Assembly (NCBI RefSeq): GCF_001194135.2
Contig: NC_068983.1
Location: forward strand, 131,418,612 to 131,455,105
DNA length: 36,494 nt
From: Octopus bimaculoides
Taxonomy: Eukaryota
Reading direction: 5' to 3'
Both the position numbers and the translations under genes were made by a program. The notes under the pieces were generated by a model. It made no database searches, had not been told where the DNA came from, and was given only the letters and a program-made list of their open reading frames with translations. Shown here in pieces: positions 1-12,826 of the stretch; the first letter of the stretch is position 1, and each line of letters begins with the position of its first letter.

Positions 1-405
1 GTGTACTGATAAGATCAAAACATGTCTGTTGGCTTTAAGACAATATCTCTAACTGCATTTGCTATTTCCATTTTTTTTAGCTCCGATATAAGAGCTTTCG
101 TCTTGTATTTGTGAAGAAAAATCTCAATTAACCAAAGTTCTTTTTGCAGTTCCTTGTATTATGTAGATATATAAGTTGAGCACGAGCGTGAGCTTGCGCA
201 TGCACACACTCTTACACACACTTACACACACACTTACACACACACTTACACACACTTACACGCACACATACATGTAGGCGATTTGTTTTCATGTTTTTCT
301 CCGCAAAATATGACTTCACCATACTTAGAAAACTCAGTCTGGTAGATTAAATTTTCATGTCTATTTAGATATCTCACTACTTGTCACATTACCACACTTA
401 TTTCT

Positions 406-766
406 TATTTCTTTATTGCCCACAGGGGGCTAAACATAGAGGGGACAAACAAGGACAGACAAACGGATTAAGTCGATTACATCGACCCCAGTTCGTAACT
501 GGTACTTAATTTATCGACCCTGAGAAGATGAAAAGCAAAGTCGACCTCGGCGGAATTTGAACTCAGAACGTAACGGCAGACGAAATACCTATTTCGTTAT
601 TGCCCACAAGGGGCTAAACATAGAGAGAACAAACAAGAACAGACGAACGGATTAAGTCGATTACATCGACCCCAGTGCGTAACTGGTACTTAATTTATCG
701 ACCCCGAAAGGATGAAAGGCAAAGTCGACCTCGGCGGCATTTGAACTCAGAACGTAACGGCAGACG
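406..766 (-). mobile_element. two tandem head-less copies of SINE family A (about 184-bp period)
   Basis: Units start at 406 and 590. Each has a B-box (gagttcaaat) and the core gtcgactttgc.tttcatc...gtcgataaattaagtaccag. The second unit runs into a gap. Confidence 0.8.
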
Positions 767-825
767 NNNNNNNNNNNNNNNNNNNNNNNNNNNNNNNNNN
801 NNNNNNNNNNNNNNNNNNNNNNNNN

Positions 826-875
<50 letters not shown>

Positions 876-3461
876 GCGCATACGTGCGTGTGTGTGTGTG
901 TGTGTTTAATATTCCAATATCATTAAGAACTGCAGTTGGTAAAATCTGTCGATAGTACAGAGAATACAGAGGTGTGGAGTTATAAGCTGTCAAGGAATGT
1001 ATGCATCCTAGGTCCTCGGTTGTTTCTCATGCAAGAAGTAGACAGAGTGCATATTGAAATTCTCAAGAGAGAGTCGAGGTACATATTTGTAAGCTGACTT
1101 TAATTTCTTCTTTTTATTTAAGATTGGGCAAGAATAACGGGAAGTTTCTCTTTGAGAGACAATTAGCAGAGCTTTGCCAAATCTTTGAATAATCTTTCTT
1201 CGTCTATAACTGCGTTTGAGATATTGGTAGTCCCTTCTTTGTCTAAAGCTTTCCTAATATACTTTAAAAGTGTCGTAGGGTTTTCAGGTGGTGATCAGAG
1301 ATGAGCTGTTGTGCTGGTGCAAACGATTATTATACAATTGTTTTGTTAACCTTATGTAACTTGTTTATATGTTTCTGATCAACAAGATCAGCTCAGTATA
1401 TGATATTTTCTCTAAGAGTTTGCTCTTCCCTCCATTTTAATACTCGCCCCTCTTTTCTTTCATTGTACCAATTTCCCTTTTTCAGGTTTTTTAGCCCCTG
1501 TCATCCCTAACTAATAACATCTGTTGTCAAACCCAATAACAACATCTACCCTTCACAATACTACCCATCCTACACCTTCCCACTCATCATCCGACTCACC
1601 ACTTCTACTCATACTTCTCTCAATAACCTAGCCACTCATTCCTCCCTCTCCTATCTCTTCTGGCCCGTCTTTGCTTCAACACTCATCACACACCCTTCGA
1701 GCCGCCTACTTCCCCTCTCCGCTTACTTCAGTCGGCCTTCCTCTTCATCCATCCTACTATTAAATTTCCCTGTATTATGATCTTGAATGTTAGATACCAA
1801 TCTCTCCGCCCTGAAGACGGAGCCCGAATTCACCTAATGCTCATATGCATCCGCTACTGGTATTTCACGAGCTACATTTGCCAACATTATTACGTAATTC
1901 CAAGACCCTAGAAACAGATGTCGGACCATACTTTCTCTCTTTAGTTTTCTGTGCTTTTGTACCCTGTGTCAATCTGCTCTGTTAATATATCAATATCTAT
2001 ATACTTATGTATGAATGTTCATTGCCTGAATATTTTCAGCCTTTGTTTCTTTTTATTTGCATCTGTATGTATATATACATTCTATATATCTAGTCCAAAC
2101 GGTTTAATTTGTTTATGTGCATCATTATTTTCACATCTGCTCACTTAGGTTCCTCTTATAGCTACTCTTTAACTCGCGAACTTACTCCTCGGGGAAGATT
2201 TCGGAGTGTAAATTCAAATGATTTGAGCGCGATTAAATGTTTTCTGTATTGAGCATCACTGGATCTCTTCTGCTGATTTTCTCTCTATATATATACACAC
2301 ACACTCACACACACACACATATATATACACATATATATACATATATATTAATATTATCTCAGTTTTAAAAAACCTTTGACAATGTAAATATGTTAATAGA
2401 CCAGAGGTAGCAAAATTACACTAAAAAGCCAAGATATCACAGCCGTTTTATAGGTAGGGATACCAAGTTAAAGTGATACATTTTGAGAAGATATGAATAA
2501 TAACAATAAATGGAGCAAAACGCATATAAATAAAAGTTCCTTTAATTCCTACACAAGTTTCAAAATATATGAGAGCTCTTCNNNNNNNNNNNNNNNNNNN
2601 NNNNNNNNNNNNNNNNNNNNNNNNNNNNNNNNNNNNNNNNNNNNNNNNNNNNNNNNNNNNNNNNNNNNNNNNNNNNNNNNNNNNNNNNNNNNNNNNNNNN
2701 NNNNNNNNNNNNNNNNNNNNNNNNNNNNNNNNNNNNNNNNNNNNNNNNNNNNNNNNNNNNNNNNNNNNNNNNNNNNNNNNNNNNNNNNNNNNNNNNNNNN
2801 NNNNNNNNNNNNNNNNNNNNNNNNNNNNNNNNNNNNNNNNNNNNNNNNNNNNNNNNNNNNNNNNNNNNNNNNNNNNNNNNNNNNNNNNNNNNNNNNNNNN
2901 NNNNNNNNNNNNNNNNNNNNNNNNNNNNNNNNNNNNNNNNNNNNNNNNNNNNNNNNNNNNNNNNNNNNNNNNNNNNNNNNNNNNNNNNNNNNNNNNNNNN
3001 NNNNNNNNNNNNNNNNNNNNNNNNNNNNNNNNNNNNNNNNNNNNNNNNNNNNNNNNNNNNNNNNNNNNNNNNNNNNNNNNNNNNNNNNNNNNNNNNNNNN
3101 NNNNNNNNNNNNNNNNNNNNNNNNNNNNNNNNNNNNNNNNNNNNNNNNNNNNNNNNNNNNNNNNNNNNNNNNNNNNNNNNNNNNNNNNNNNNNNNNNNNN
3201 NNNNNNNNNNNNNNNNNNNNNNNNNNNNNNNNNNNNNNNNNNNNNNNNNNNNNNNNNNNNNNNNNNNNNNNNNNNNNNNNNNNNNNNNNNNNNNNNNNNN
3301 NNNNNNNNNNNNNNNNNNNNNNNNNNNNNNNNNNNNNNNNNNNNNNNNNNNNNNNNNNNNNNNNNNNNNNNNNNNNNNNNNNNNNNNNNNNNNNNNNNNN
3401 NNNNNNNNNNNNNNNNNNNNNNNNNNNNNNNNNNNNNNNNNNNNNNNNNNNNNNNNTATAT

Positions 3462-3500
<39 letters not shown>

Positions 3501-3521
3501 CATACACTCACATACACATAC

Positions 3522-3685
3522 ATGACAGGCTTCTTTCAGTTTCAGTCAACCAAGTTCACTCATAAGGCTTTGTTCGACCCGAGTCTATAGTAGAAGACAC
3601 TTGCCCAAAGTTCCACACAGTGAGACTGAACCCGGAACCATGTGGTTTGGAAACAAACTCCTTACCATACAGCCATGCCTGCGCC
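3522..3685 (-). mobile_element. SINE family B 5' half next to a gap
   Basis: Matches 24770-24930. Confidence 0.8.
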
Positions 3686-4009
3686 TATGAAAAATATTCT
3701 GGCGATGCCGGGGATCGATCCCGGAGCCTTTCGTATATAATATTTATAGTTGTATTTCTGTTCACATAATACATGTTACTTATTAAATATATATAAATGT
3801 GTGTGTAAATCTCGTACAATACTGTATATGTGTATATACATACATATATGTCTATGTGCGTATGTGTGTGTATGTGCGTGTTTATGTGTGTTTGTGTGTG
3901 TGCGTGTGTTTTGTGAGTGTGCATGTGTATGCATATATATATGTACGCATTTGCATCAATGTTTGAACATATATGTCTGTATGCATATATATGTGTGTGT
4001 AAACATAGA

Positions 4010-4127
4010 GAGGGGGAGGGAGCGAAGGGGAGAGAGGGTGAGAGAGAAGGAGAGAATGGAGAGAGAGAGAGAGAGGGAAGGAAGATGGAGAGAGGGAAGG
4101 AAGATGGAGAGAGGGAAGGAGAGGTAG

Positions 4128-4192
<65 letters not shown>

Positions 4193-4242
4193 GGCATTAT
4201 GTATTTATATGCATGTAGGTGTATAGATGTTGATAGTGTGTA

Positions 4243-4312
<70 letters not shown>
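4010..4312. repeat. compound microsatellite (GA-rich, (GATA)n, (TG)n)
   Basis: Directly visible, runs into an N gap. Confidence 0.95.
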
Positions 4313-4718
4313 NNNNNNNNNNNNNNNNNNNNNNNNNNNNNNNNNNNNNNNNNNNNNNNNNNNNNNNNNNNNNNNNNNNNNNNNNNNNNNNNNNNNNNNN
4401 NNNNNNNNNNNNNNNNNNNNNNNNNNNNNNNNNNNNNNNNNNNNNNNNNNNNNNNNNNNNNNNNNNNNNNNNNNNNNNNNNNNNNNNNNNNNNNNNNNNN
4501 NNNNNNNNNNNNNNNNNNNNNNNNNNNNNNNNNNNNNNNNNNNNNNNNNNNNNNNNNNNNNNNNNNNNNNNNNNNNNNNNNNNNNNNNNNNNNNNNNNNN
4601 NNNNNNNNNNNNNNNNNNNNNNNNNNNNNNNNNNNNNNNNNNNNNNNNNNNNNTAGAATGTGTCATATAAAACATCTTTTTCTCTTAGTCTTCTTAACAA
4701 AAAAACGTACATCGCAAG

Positions 4719-5125
4719 TTATTTCATGTTAAAGTTGTCGTATTTCTGTAATTTCAATCAATCACTGACGTCTATTCAGCTGAATAGAGTTACTGCTGGC
4801 CGGTCATAAAAATGTTATTCCCTGTGACATATTTCATCCGGTTTAATCGTAATTTATACGCATATATTGTTTATATAATAAATTACGCTGTGTGTATCTA
4901 TGTGTGTAACAATTTTAGAGTTCGGATTCTAGAGTTAGAGTTAGTTTTAGGGTTAGGGTTATGGTTAGTGTTAAGGTTAGGGTTAACAGTCTAGTTAATC
5001 GGAAATGTCAGAACTAACGGGGATTAATACGATATACACCGTTACAGCGCTAACTGTTTTCAACTGAATAGACGTCAGTGATTAGTAGAAATTATCGAAA
5101 TAAGACAATTTTTTACATGAAATAA
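4719..5125. mobile_element. foldback/MITE-like element with imperfect long inverted arms and an internal TTAGGG-like array
   Basis: Core arms 4760-4784 and 5059-5083 match 24/25, with weaker inverted similarity extending to about 4719/5125. Hexamer array at 4929-4982. Confidence 0.7.
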
Positions 5126-6439
5126 ATTCGAATACAAAATTTTTTTTCTGTTCTATAACACAAAATAGATAAGTATACGAAGTTTGAAAGTCTTTCAGTA
5201 CCAAAAACACTACATAAAACATAAATGAAAACTGGTGCCCCCGTTTTGAACAAGATCCAATACTTCCCCTCTTCAAATGTTTTGAAGGTGGCTACACAAG
5301 ATATACAACAACTCTTACATACGCCCGCGCACACCTATATGCATTTATACACAAACACACATAGACACACACTTGCGATATTTGTCCAAATCTCTGCAAT
5401 TTGAGTTCAAATTCAACTGCGGTGACCTTTATGTTTTATCCTTTTGGTACTGTCTCGAGTCCTTAAACTCATTAAGCTGGTTACCCGAGTTCTATGGCGT
5501 ATAAGCGACCGAAATCACATTAGTCCGCAGCAGGGTTATTAATTTACATCTGAATGTACTGGAACAAAATGAAATTTGAAACCGTGACCTTGCGATCGTG
5601 AGTGCAGTACCTTAAGCACTAAGTCACACTCCTCTATCCATCCTTTCGGTGGTCGATAAAAAATGTACCAGTCCAGAGCAGTAGGTTGGTGGAACTATTA
5701 GAGCGTTGGAAAATGTATCTGCTCCGGCTCTCTAGGTTTTGGGGTCAAGCTCTGAGACCTAAGAGGTGTTACGGTGTGCCGACCTTTAAATTATCCTTGG
5801 AACACCCTTGTTGGCGGGTAGAGAGGTAAGTTGCTTGTATGGGCAAACGCTGTCTTCCACGAAAAGAAAACCTAAGCAGTGGTATAGCAAGAGTTTGTGT
5901 CGCTCGGACAGCCCTTGTGTTTACTTCCTGCCAACCCCACCTTTCACATAGGCATATACGTCAAACCAAGAGTAACACCCCCATAAAATAATCACTCGGA
6001 GTGGGCCTCCCCCATGCCCCTAGTTATGCTACTGAACTTTGGCCATGCTTGCAAGTTGAGAAAAACTTTTCAGTTTAGCTGAAGCACAATGGCAATCCTT
6101 GCTTATTTTATGTGTAAGATCTTTGGGCTGCTTTCATTACTACTGTAAGCTTGATTGTATGAAGTGATTATAGGTGAGAGTACTAAATCCAGGTAACTTA
6201 AACGAAGAATCTTCCCAGAATCAGTATGATATATTTTTCTGTTATGCTAAATGTTTCCAAGAACCACTCTGGATGTTATCTGCACATTTTTACTATTTTA
6301 GTTTTATACATATGGCATTGTACCTCATTACTCATTACAATTGCAAAGTATTTTCCTCTTTGTGGCTATGGAATTGCAGGGTTTTTTGTGGAGTGGAGTT
6401 CAGTATATGAAGACTTCGAAGAATAGGAGACTAATAGCA

Positions 6440-6690
6440 AAGCATGGACATTTTTTCAACATTGATTTCTGCTCCTGACTGCCTTAAATACCTCAGCATA
6501 ATAAACGACAACAGAAATGCCAAGAAGCGAAGACATATCTGAGAAAGCTATTGAAAATAGAAATGGTCCCAAGACAGTTCTCAGAGGTACTTCGCTCTTG
6601 GTTGCTGATCTTTTCAACAGATCATCGTCAACTGTAGCGTCTTGGATTATACTATCACCCAATCCTCCACTACAATATGGAGAAGCATGA
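6440..6690 (-). mobile_element. degraded CR1/L2-like reverse transcriptase fragment
   Basis: KSEVPLRTVLGPFLFSIAFSDM...VYYAEV aligns by eye to the SGVPQGSVLGP.LF...INDL...YADD motifs of non-LTR RT. Confidence 0.55.
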
Positions 6691-7504
6691 CTTCTTAGCC
6701 ATTAGGAAGGTAACTTGTCTAGGAAGCTTATTCCCCCATCGCATTAGGCCACCATCAAGTGATTTATACCTTATCAACTAAGGCTCTCCACCCTAAATCA
6801 TGGAGAGAATTCCTATCCCTAGAAGCTTTATATGAGTTCTAAAGTAAGCTTAAACTCTACCTTCAAATCATGGAGATACGAAGTTTCTCATTTGCAGGGA
6901 AATCGACCAGTCAAACAAAAATGGCAGTTTTAACAAACCCAACAGATTCGAAAAGAGTTGATGTTAAATTATAAAAGAGAAACGTAAACTCTGTAAGTTG
7001 CATTGAGGTTAGTCTGTCTAACATAGCACTAACACTGAAAAATAAATGTCTGATATAATGTAAGATAGACACTTTAATCTTGTGGAGAGCCACAACTCTA
7101 GAGTTAATGGCATGAAACTTTTTTTTGTTTTTCCTTTTAGCAAAGAGCGCATTTGTTGTAACAGAAAGTATGTTTTCCATTAAAAGATATAGTCAAGAGC
7201 GTATTCATATTCCAGTATTAAAGACTTAAAGTAGACGACAATTATAATAAAAGTACATCGATCGGACCTGCGTTGTACTGTAGCATCACAGGACTGTTTA
7301 ATTCAATTATAATTTTTTACGTCAAATAAAATGAACCACTTAAGAATTTTTTCAAAAGGATACAGGAAATTAATTAGCTCACAGTTATGATTGTGAATTG
7401 GGTTTAATCTCAACAATAATTTGCTTATCAACTATTCCCTGGTGATATTTTAAAAATTTATGTTCTATGAAAAATGGAAGAATATTCAGTTGTATTATTT
7501 AACG

Positions 7505-7672
7505 ACTAACTTCGTCCGTCTTCACATTATGAGTTCAAAATCCGCCGAGGTCCATTCTGACTTCCATCTTTTCGGGGTCGATGAAATAAGTATTAGTTGA
7601 GTACGAGGGTTGATATAATCGACTAGCCTCCTCCCTCAAATTTCAGGCCTTGTGCCTATAGTAGAAAGGATT
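7505..7672 (+). mobile_element. SINE family A copy, 5'-truncated
   Basis: B-box, shared core, and tail aatttcaggccttgtgcctatagtagaaaggatta. Confidence 0.8.
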
Positions 7673-8313
7673 ATGTAACAATCAACCACAATGACATAGA
7701 ATATTTTCCTTTTGGGCTGACCTCATGAGATCTTCCATTTCAATGAAATAAATAGCAGAAATTACTCGGTTTTATCTCATACGTAGCGGTTATATTAAAA
7801 ATAAATCTGTACAGTTTTCATAGTATAGCTCAATCTGAAAAAATAATATCTTTTAAAATAAGAGAAATTATTTCGTTTTATAGCAATGCATACGGTAAAA
7901 TAATGGGATATATCTAATCAAGTTGAATGAAATATTCAAAGTAATAAAAGTCTAATCTAAAACTAAAAGAGCCAAATAATCAACCATTAAAAGTTTAAAG
8001 TGATAATTTTAGCTAATCATGGTAATTTAGCACTAAACTCTATCGATATTCTGTGAATTAAGCCATTCACAATTGTCGTTGAATTTTTATAACTCTTAAA
8101 GTTTTATTGTTTTATTGAATTTTGAGCTTATAATTCAACGAAGTAACAGTTTTGCTTTTGAGATTATACAAAACTTTTTACTTATTTTTGCAGGATTTGA
8201 ACCCATATTATGAAGTCCCATAACTAAATACCACACGACATTTTATCCGATGCTCTAGCAAATAATAATAATAATAATGATAATAATAATAATAATAATA
8301 ACAATAATAACAA

Positions 8314-8526
8314 TCCTTTCTACTATAGGCACAAAGCCTGAAATTTGTGGGGAGGGGGGCAGTCGATTAGATCGAGTCCAGTACGCAACAGGTACTTAAT
8401 TTATCGACCCCAAAAGGATGAAAGGCAAAGTCGAACTTGGAGGAATCTGAACTCAGACCGTAAACACAGACGAAATGCTACTAAGCATTTTGCCCGCCGT
8501 GCTAATGATTCTGCCAAATTGCCACC

Positions 8527-8527
<1 letters not shown>
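8314..8527 (-). mobile_element. full-length SINE family A copy
   Basis: tRNA-like head (tggcagaatcattagc A-box, gagttcagat B-box), core and tail, flanked by (TAA)n on both sides. Confidence 0.85.
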
Positions 8528-8566
<39 letters not shown>

Positions 8567-8596
8567 TGATGATAATAATAATAAAAATAATAATAA

Positions 8597-8822
8597 TTCT
8601 TTCTATTTTTGGCACAAGGCTAGCAATTTCGAAGGAAGGCCAGAAATTTAGAAGGAAATCGAGTACATTGACCCCAGTACTTGGCTGGTACTTTATTTTA
8701 TCGATCTCGCGATAATGAAAGGCCAAGCTGACCTCGGCAAGATTTGATCTCAGAACGTAAAGAGTCGAAGGAAATGCTGCATTTTGTTTGATGCGCTAAC
8801 GATTCTACCAGCTCGAGGCCTT
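8597..8822 (-). mobile_element. SINE family A copy (cluster continues with a partial copy to about 8940)
   Basis: Same head, core and tail as 8314-8527, more diverged. Confidence 0.8.
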
Positions 8823-10499
8823 CGTAACAGTAGTAATAATCTTTCCTATTGGCAAGGCCTAAAATTAAGAGGAACCAGTCAATTACATCAATCCCAGTGC
8901 TCAATTGGTACTTATTTTATCAACCTCAAGAGGATATTTTTTCCCGGTGCTTTAATGACCTGCCATAGATAGACATCGTTTATCGTCATACTTGTATTTC
9001 GTTACCCCATGTACGGGAAAACAAATGAAGTAGACCTGAGTATGTCTAACAATTTCAGCCTGCTTTGGCTGAGTCTTGAAAGTGCAGCAGATGGTGTCGT
9101 AACATACTTCTTTTTCAGTCAAGAGGATTTTTTTCCGAAGTGTTCTGAAGTGCTCGTTGTAGTTTTTATCTAAGAAGGTAAATTCAGTCCAGTTCCAGCT
9201 TTTATAGGGTACAGACACTGAATTCTTTTCTGAACTCTCTCTCTGATTAGATCCTGAGCCAAAGAAATTCTGTTTAGTCTTAAAATGTTTCCATCTACTT
9301 TTATTTTGGATCTGTATTAAATCAGCAAAATTCTTTTTTTTTTTCTGTTTGAGCTAAAATGTAGCAAAATTAACATATGACCAGTTTCAAAACTTGGACT
9401 CGGTGTTGCCGCTGCTGTTGTTACTATCAATATCTTTAAAATGACATGTTAGACTGTCTGGAATATTTTTCATATATTAGTTACGCTTTTAAAAGTTCAT
9501 ATTCTTTTTGCCCTTCCAGTTCTGTATTTTATTTTAGCATTGCTTTTTCCCCTGTTCAATCTGTTGTAGTAATGCTTTGGGCCATATACTGTATTTGTGT
9601 CTGGTGGACATATAGAAAGTGAAAAATATCATGCATGTAAATAAATAAGGTGAATAAATAAGCAAACATCTGTAAAAACAATCCTGTTTTTTGTTAACTC
9701 CGTTTATTGAGGGTAGGCTTTCCTCAGGTAATTATCCATTTCGTCCAAAGAAATTTTCATTTGATAATACTATAAATATGGTCTAGCACTGGAACGAAAT
9801 AAATAAACACAGGTATGTTTTCAGAGCCAATAATAATAATGATTTCTTTTACTTTTTATTTTACTTAGTAACTTTATATTTATTTGTTTTATTATTTTAT
9901 AGGCAGACATTACAAATTGAGCAATGCAGCGTAATATAATGCTCCACAATATATCTGACTAACAAGTGATATGTGTGTGTACATGTACGTGGATCTTTGT
10001 GTATGTGAAGTGTAAGTGAAGGTGCATGCTGATGCAAGGAAAAGAATGTATGAGTGGGTGTAAGGTTGTGTAGTACACCACGCCAGTTTCACACAAGGAA
10101 TATCATGAAACAAATATGTAAAAAAAGATGAGCATGTTCGTGCATGTGTGTGTGTTTGCGCCCGCGCGTGTATAACACATGCATTTATCACATTATAATC
10201 TTTTTTATTTTTTTACTAGCAATAGCAACCAAATCTCCTTGATACCACATTTTCTCACTTAGTAATTTGGTGAAAGAGACTAATAGATTAAAAAACAAGT
10301 GCTGGGGATAATTTATTCACCAGACCCTTCAGGGCAGTGATTCAACATGGCCACAGTCTAATGACTGAAGCTGGTAACATAAAAATGATTGTTGTCCCAG
10401 AAAAGAATGACGTATGTGGCATTAAATATTGATTTCAAATTTCGGCAAAAGGCCAGCAGTTTCCAGGGAGTTGCTAAGTCAATTACATCAACCCCAAGA

Positions 10500-10619
10500 C
10501 TTATTCTTTTGGAAGCCTGGTACTTATTCTATCGGACTGTTTTGCCGAACCGCTAAGTTACGAGGACGTTAACACACCACCATCGATTATCAAGCGATGT
10601 TGGGAGGACAAACACACAA

Positions 10620-10671
<52 letters not shown>

Positions 10672-11894
10672 AAATAGTAAATGAGTATATGCATATATAC
10701 GTACAGGTATGTGCATACCGACATCCACCTGTATGTATAGGTGCATATCTGGGTACAGGACATTNNNNNNNNNNNNNNNNNNNNNNNNNNNNNNNNNNNN
10801 NNNNNNNNNNNNNNNNNNNNNNNNNNNNNNNNNNNNNNNNNNNNNNNNNNNNNNNNNNNNNNNNNNNNNNNNNNNNNNNNNNNNNNNNNNNNNNNNNNNN
10901 NNNNNNNNNNNNNNNNNNNNNNNNNNNNNNNNNNNNNNNNNNNNNNNNNNNNNNNNNNNNNNNNNNNNNNNNNNNNNNNNNNNNNNNNNNNNNNNNNNNN
11001 NNNNNNNNNNNNNNNNNNNNNNNNNNNNNNNNNNNNNNNNNNNNNNNNNNNNNNNNNNNNNNNNNNNNNNNNNNNNNNNNNNNNNNNNNNNNNNNNNNNN
11101 NNNNNNNNNNNNNNNNNNNNNNNNNNNNNNNNNNNNNNNNNNNNNNNNNNNNNNNNNNNNNNNNNNNNNNNNNNNNNNNNNNNNNNNNNNNNNNNNNNNN
11201 NNNNNNNNNNNNNNNNNNNNNNNNNNNNNNNNNNNNNNNNNNNNNNNNNNNNNNNNNNNNNNNNNNNNNNNNNNNNNNNNNNNNNNNNNNNNNNNNNNNN
11301 NNNNNNNNNNNNNNNNNNNNNNNNNNNNNNNNNNNNNNNNNNNNNNNNNNNNNNNNNNNNNNNNNNNNNNNNNNNNNNNNNNNNNNNNNNNNNNNNNNNN
11401 NNNNNNNNNNNNNNNNNNNNNNNNNNNNNNNNNNNNNNNNNNNNNNNNNNNNNNNNNNNNNNNNNNNNNNNNNNNNNNNNNNNNNNNNNNNNNNNNNNNN
11501 NNNNNNNNNNNNNNNNNNNNNNNNNNNNNNNNNNNNNNNNNNNNNNNNNNNNNNNNNNNNNNNNNNNNNNNNNNNNNNNNNNNNNNNNNNNNNNNNNNNN
11601 NNNNNNNNNNNNNNNNNNNNNNNNNNNNNNNNNNNNNNNNNNNNNNNNNNNNNNNNNNNNNNNNNNNNNNNNNNNNNNNNNNNNNNNNNNNNNNNNNNNN
11701 NNNNNNNNATATATACACATATATACATATATACGACGGGCTTCTTTCAGTTTCCGTCTACCAAATCCACTCACAAAGCTTTGGTCGGCCCGAGGCTATA
11801 GTAGAAGACACTTGCCCAAGGTGCCACGCAGTGGGACAGAACCCGGAACCATGTGGTTCGTAAGCGAGCTACTTACCACACTGCCACTCCTACG
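10500..11894 (-). mobile_element. SINE family B copy whose internal microsatellite region contains an assembly gap
   Basis: The 3' half (10500-10620) and 5' half (11733-11894) match the two halves of 24497-24930 in the same order and orientation. Confidence 0.75.
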
Positions 11895-12654
11895 CCAACT
11901 ATTCTACCAACTCGTCGCCTTTATGTATTCCAAAATATGTAATGGTCACAGAATGAATATGTTTGATTATAAAACTCTTTTATCAATAAAGACCATGGTC
12001 TAAACAAGAGCAGCAGCAACAGCAATATTATTCTAATTGGCGTATATCTTACGTCACTCTAAAATATTGTCCCATACTAGCATGTGGTAGTTATGACAGT
12101 GATATAACACTTCTCACAGAGTCTCTGCACCATTGGCAGCAGACTTAATCCATCTCTGATAATTTTACATGATCCATGGCTACCTTTAAAGGAATCTCGC
12201 CTGTTGCAAGCATTTAGATCAGGCCTTCAGTTTGAAAATAACGCCTCCTGTTTTTCTCAGTTGTCTCAGATGCCATAAAAGAAATGATGAGCTATAAGCA
12301 ATGCCCTTCCAACCATGACAAATCGATTTTAAAAAAGGATCATATTTTCTGTAAGACACATCATTGAACAATTCCGTGACATAACATTCCTCCGTGTATT
12401 GCACTACTGTAGCATATTTTCTTTAAGATTCATCATAAGTCAGTGATATAACATTTCTCTCTGTTTACTCTACAAGGTTGTGTTTTCTGCCAAATTCACC
12501 ATATCTTACAAATTCACTGTATCATATCTTCTTAAACTGCTCCACATCTCAACGACATTAGTAAATATTTTTCGTTTACAGTCTTCCTCAGTTAATTCTC
12601 AATCATAAAAATCTATAGAGACATCAAACCCAAGCCGGCATGGTAAAATGACAT

Positions 12655-12767
12655 GATAATAATGATTATGATGATGACAATGACGACGACGATGATGATG
12701 ATGGTGATGGTGGTGGTGGTCAGGGTGACGATGATGAATTTTTTCGAGTAGTAGCAGCAGCAGCAAC

Positions 12768-12810
<43 letters not shown>
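12655..12810. repeat. compound trinucleotide microsatellite (GAT/GAC/GGT, (GTA)n)
   Basis: Directly visible, immediately upstream of the hammerhead motif. Confidence 0.95.
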
Positions 12811-12811
<1 letters not shown>

Positions 12812-12826
12812 AAGATCGGTAATTGT

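Noticed and set aside
1-30. ctgataa-gatc-aaaa-catg-tc resembling a hammerhead
   Set aside because: Both core boxes are mutated (CUGAUAA, AAAA) and the context is cut by the window edge.
2448-4732. Long ORFs in the supplied track (also 10553-12003, 25562-26205 apart from the real exon, 28879-29596 and 30157-30755)
   Set aside because: They are poly-X translations across N gaps, bordered by (TA)n/(CA)n microsatellites.
4763-5080. CACTG...CAGTG termini with AT flanks suggesting a CMC/CACTA element
   Set aside because: Inverted similarity continues well outside these positions, so CACTG is probably internal to longer arms. Superfamily left unassigned.
8314-8822. Regularly spaced repeats suggesting a CRISPR-like array, and tRNA-like heads suggesting tRNA genes
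   Set aside because: These are clustered SINE copies separated by (TAA)n. The heads lack a complete cloverleaf and continue into SINE bodies.
12545-12600. Minus-strand CTGAGGA...GAAA-aatatt-ta motif
   Set aside because: Stem II cannot form, and the AT-rich context makes chance likely.
12060-12600. Thrice-repeated gtgatataaca-like motif with coding-like minus frames
   Set aside because: No family could be recognised and the frames are short. Most likely an old repeat, so it is not supportable as a feature.
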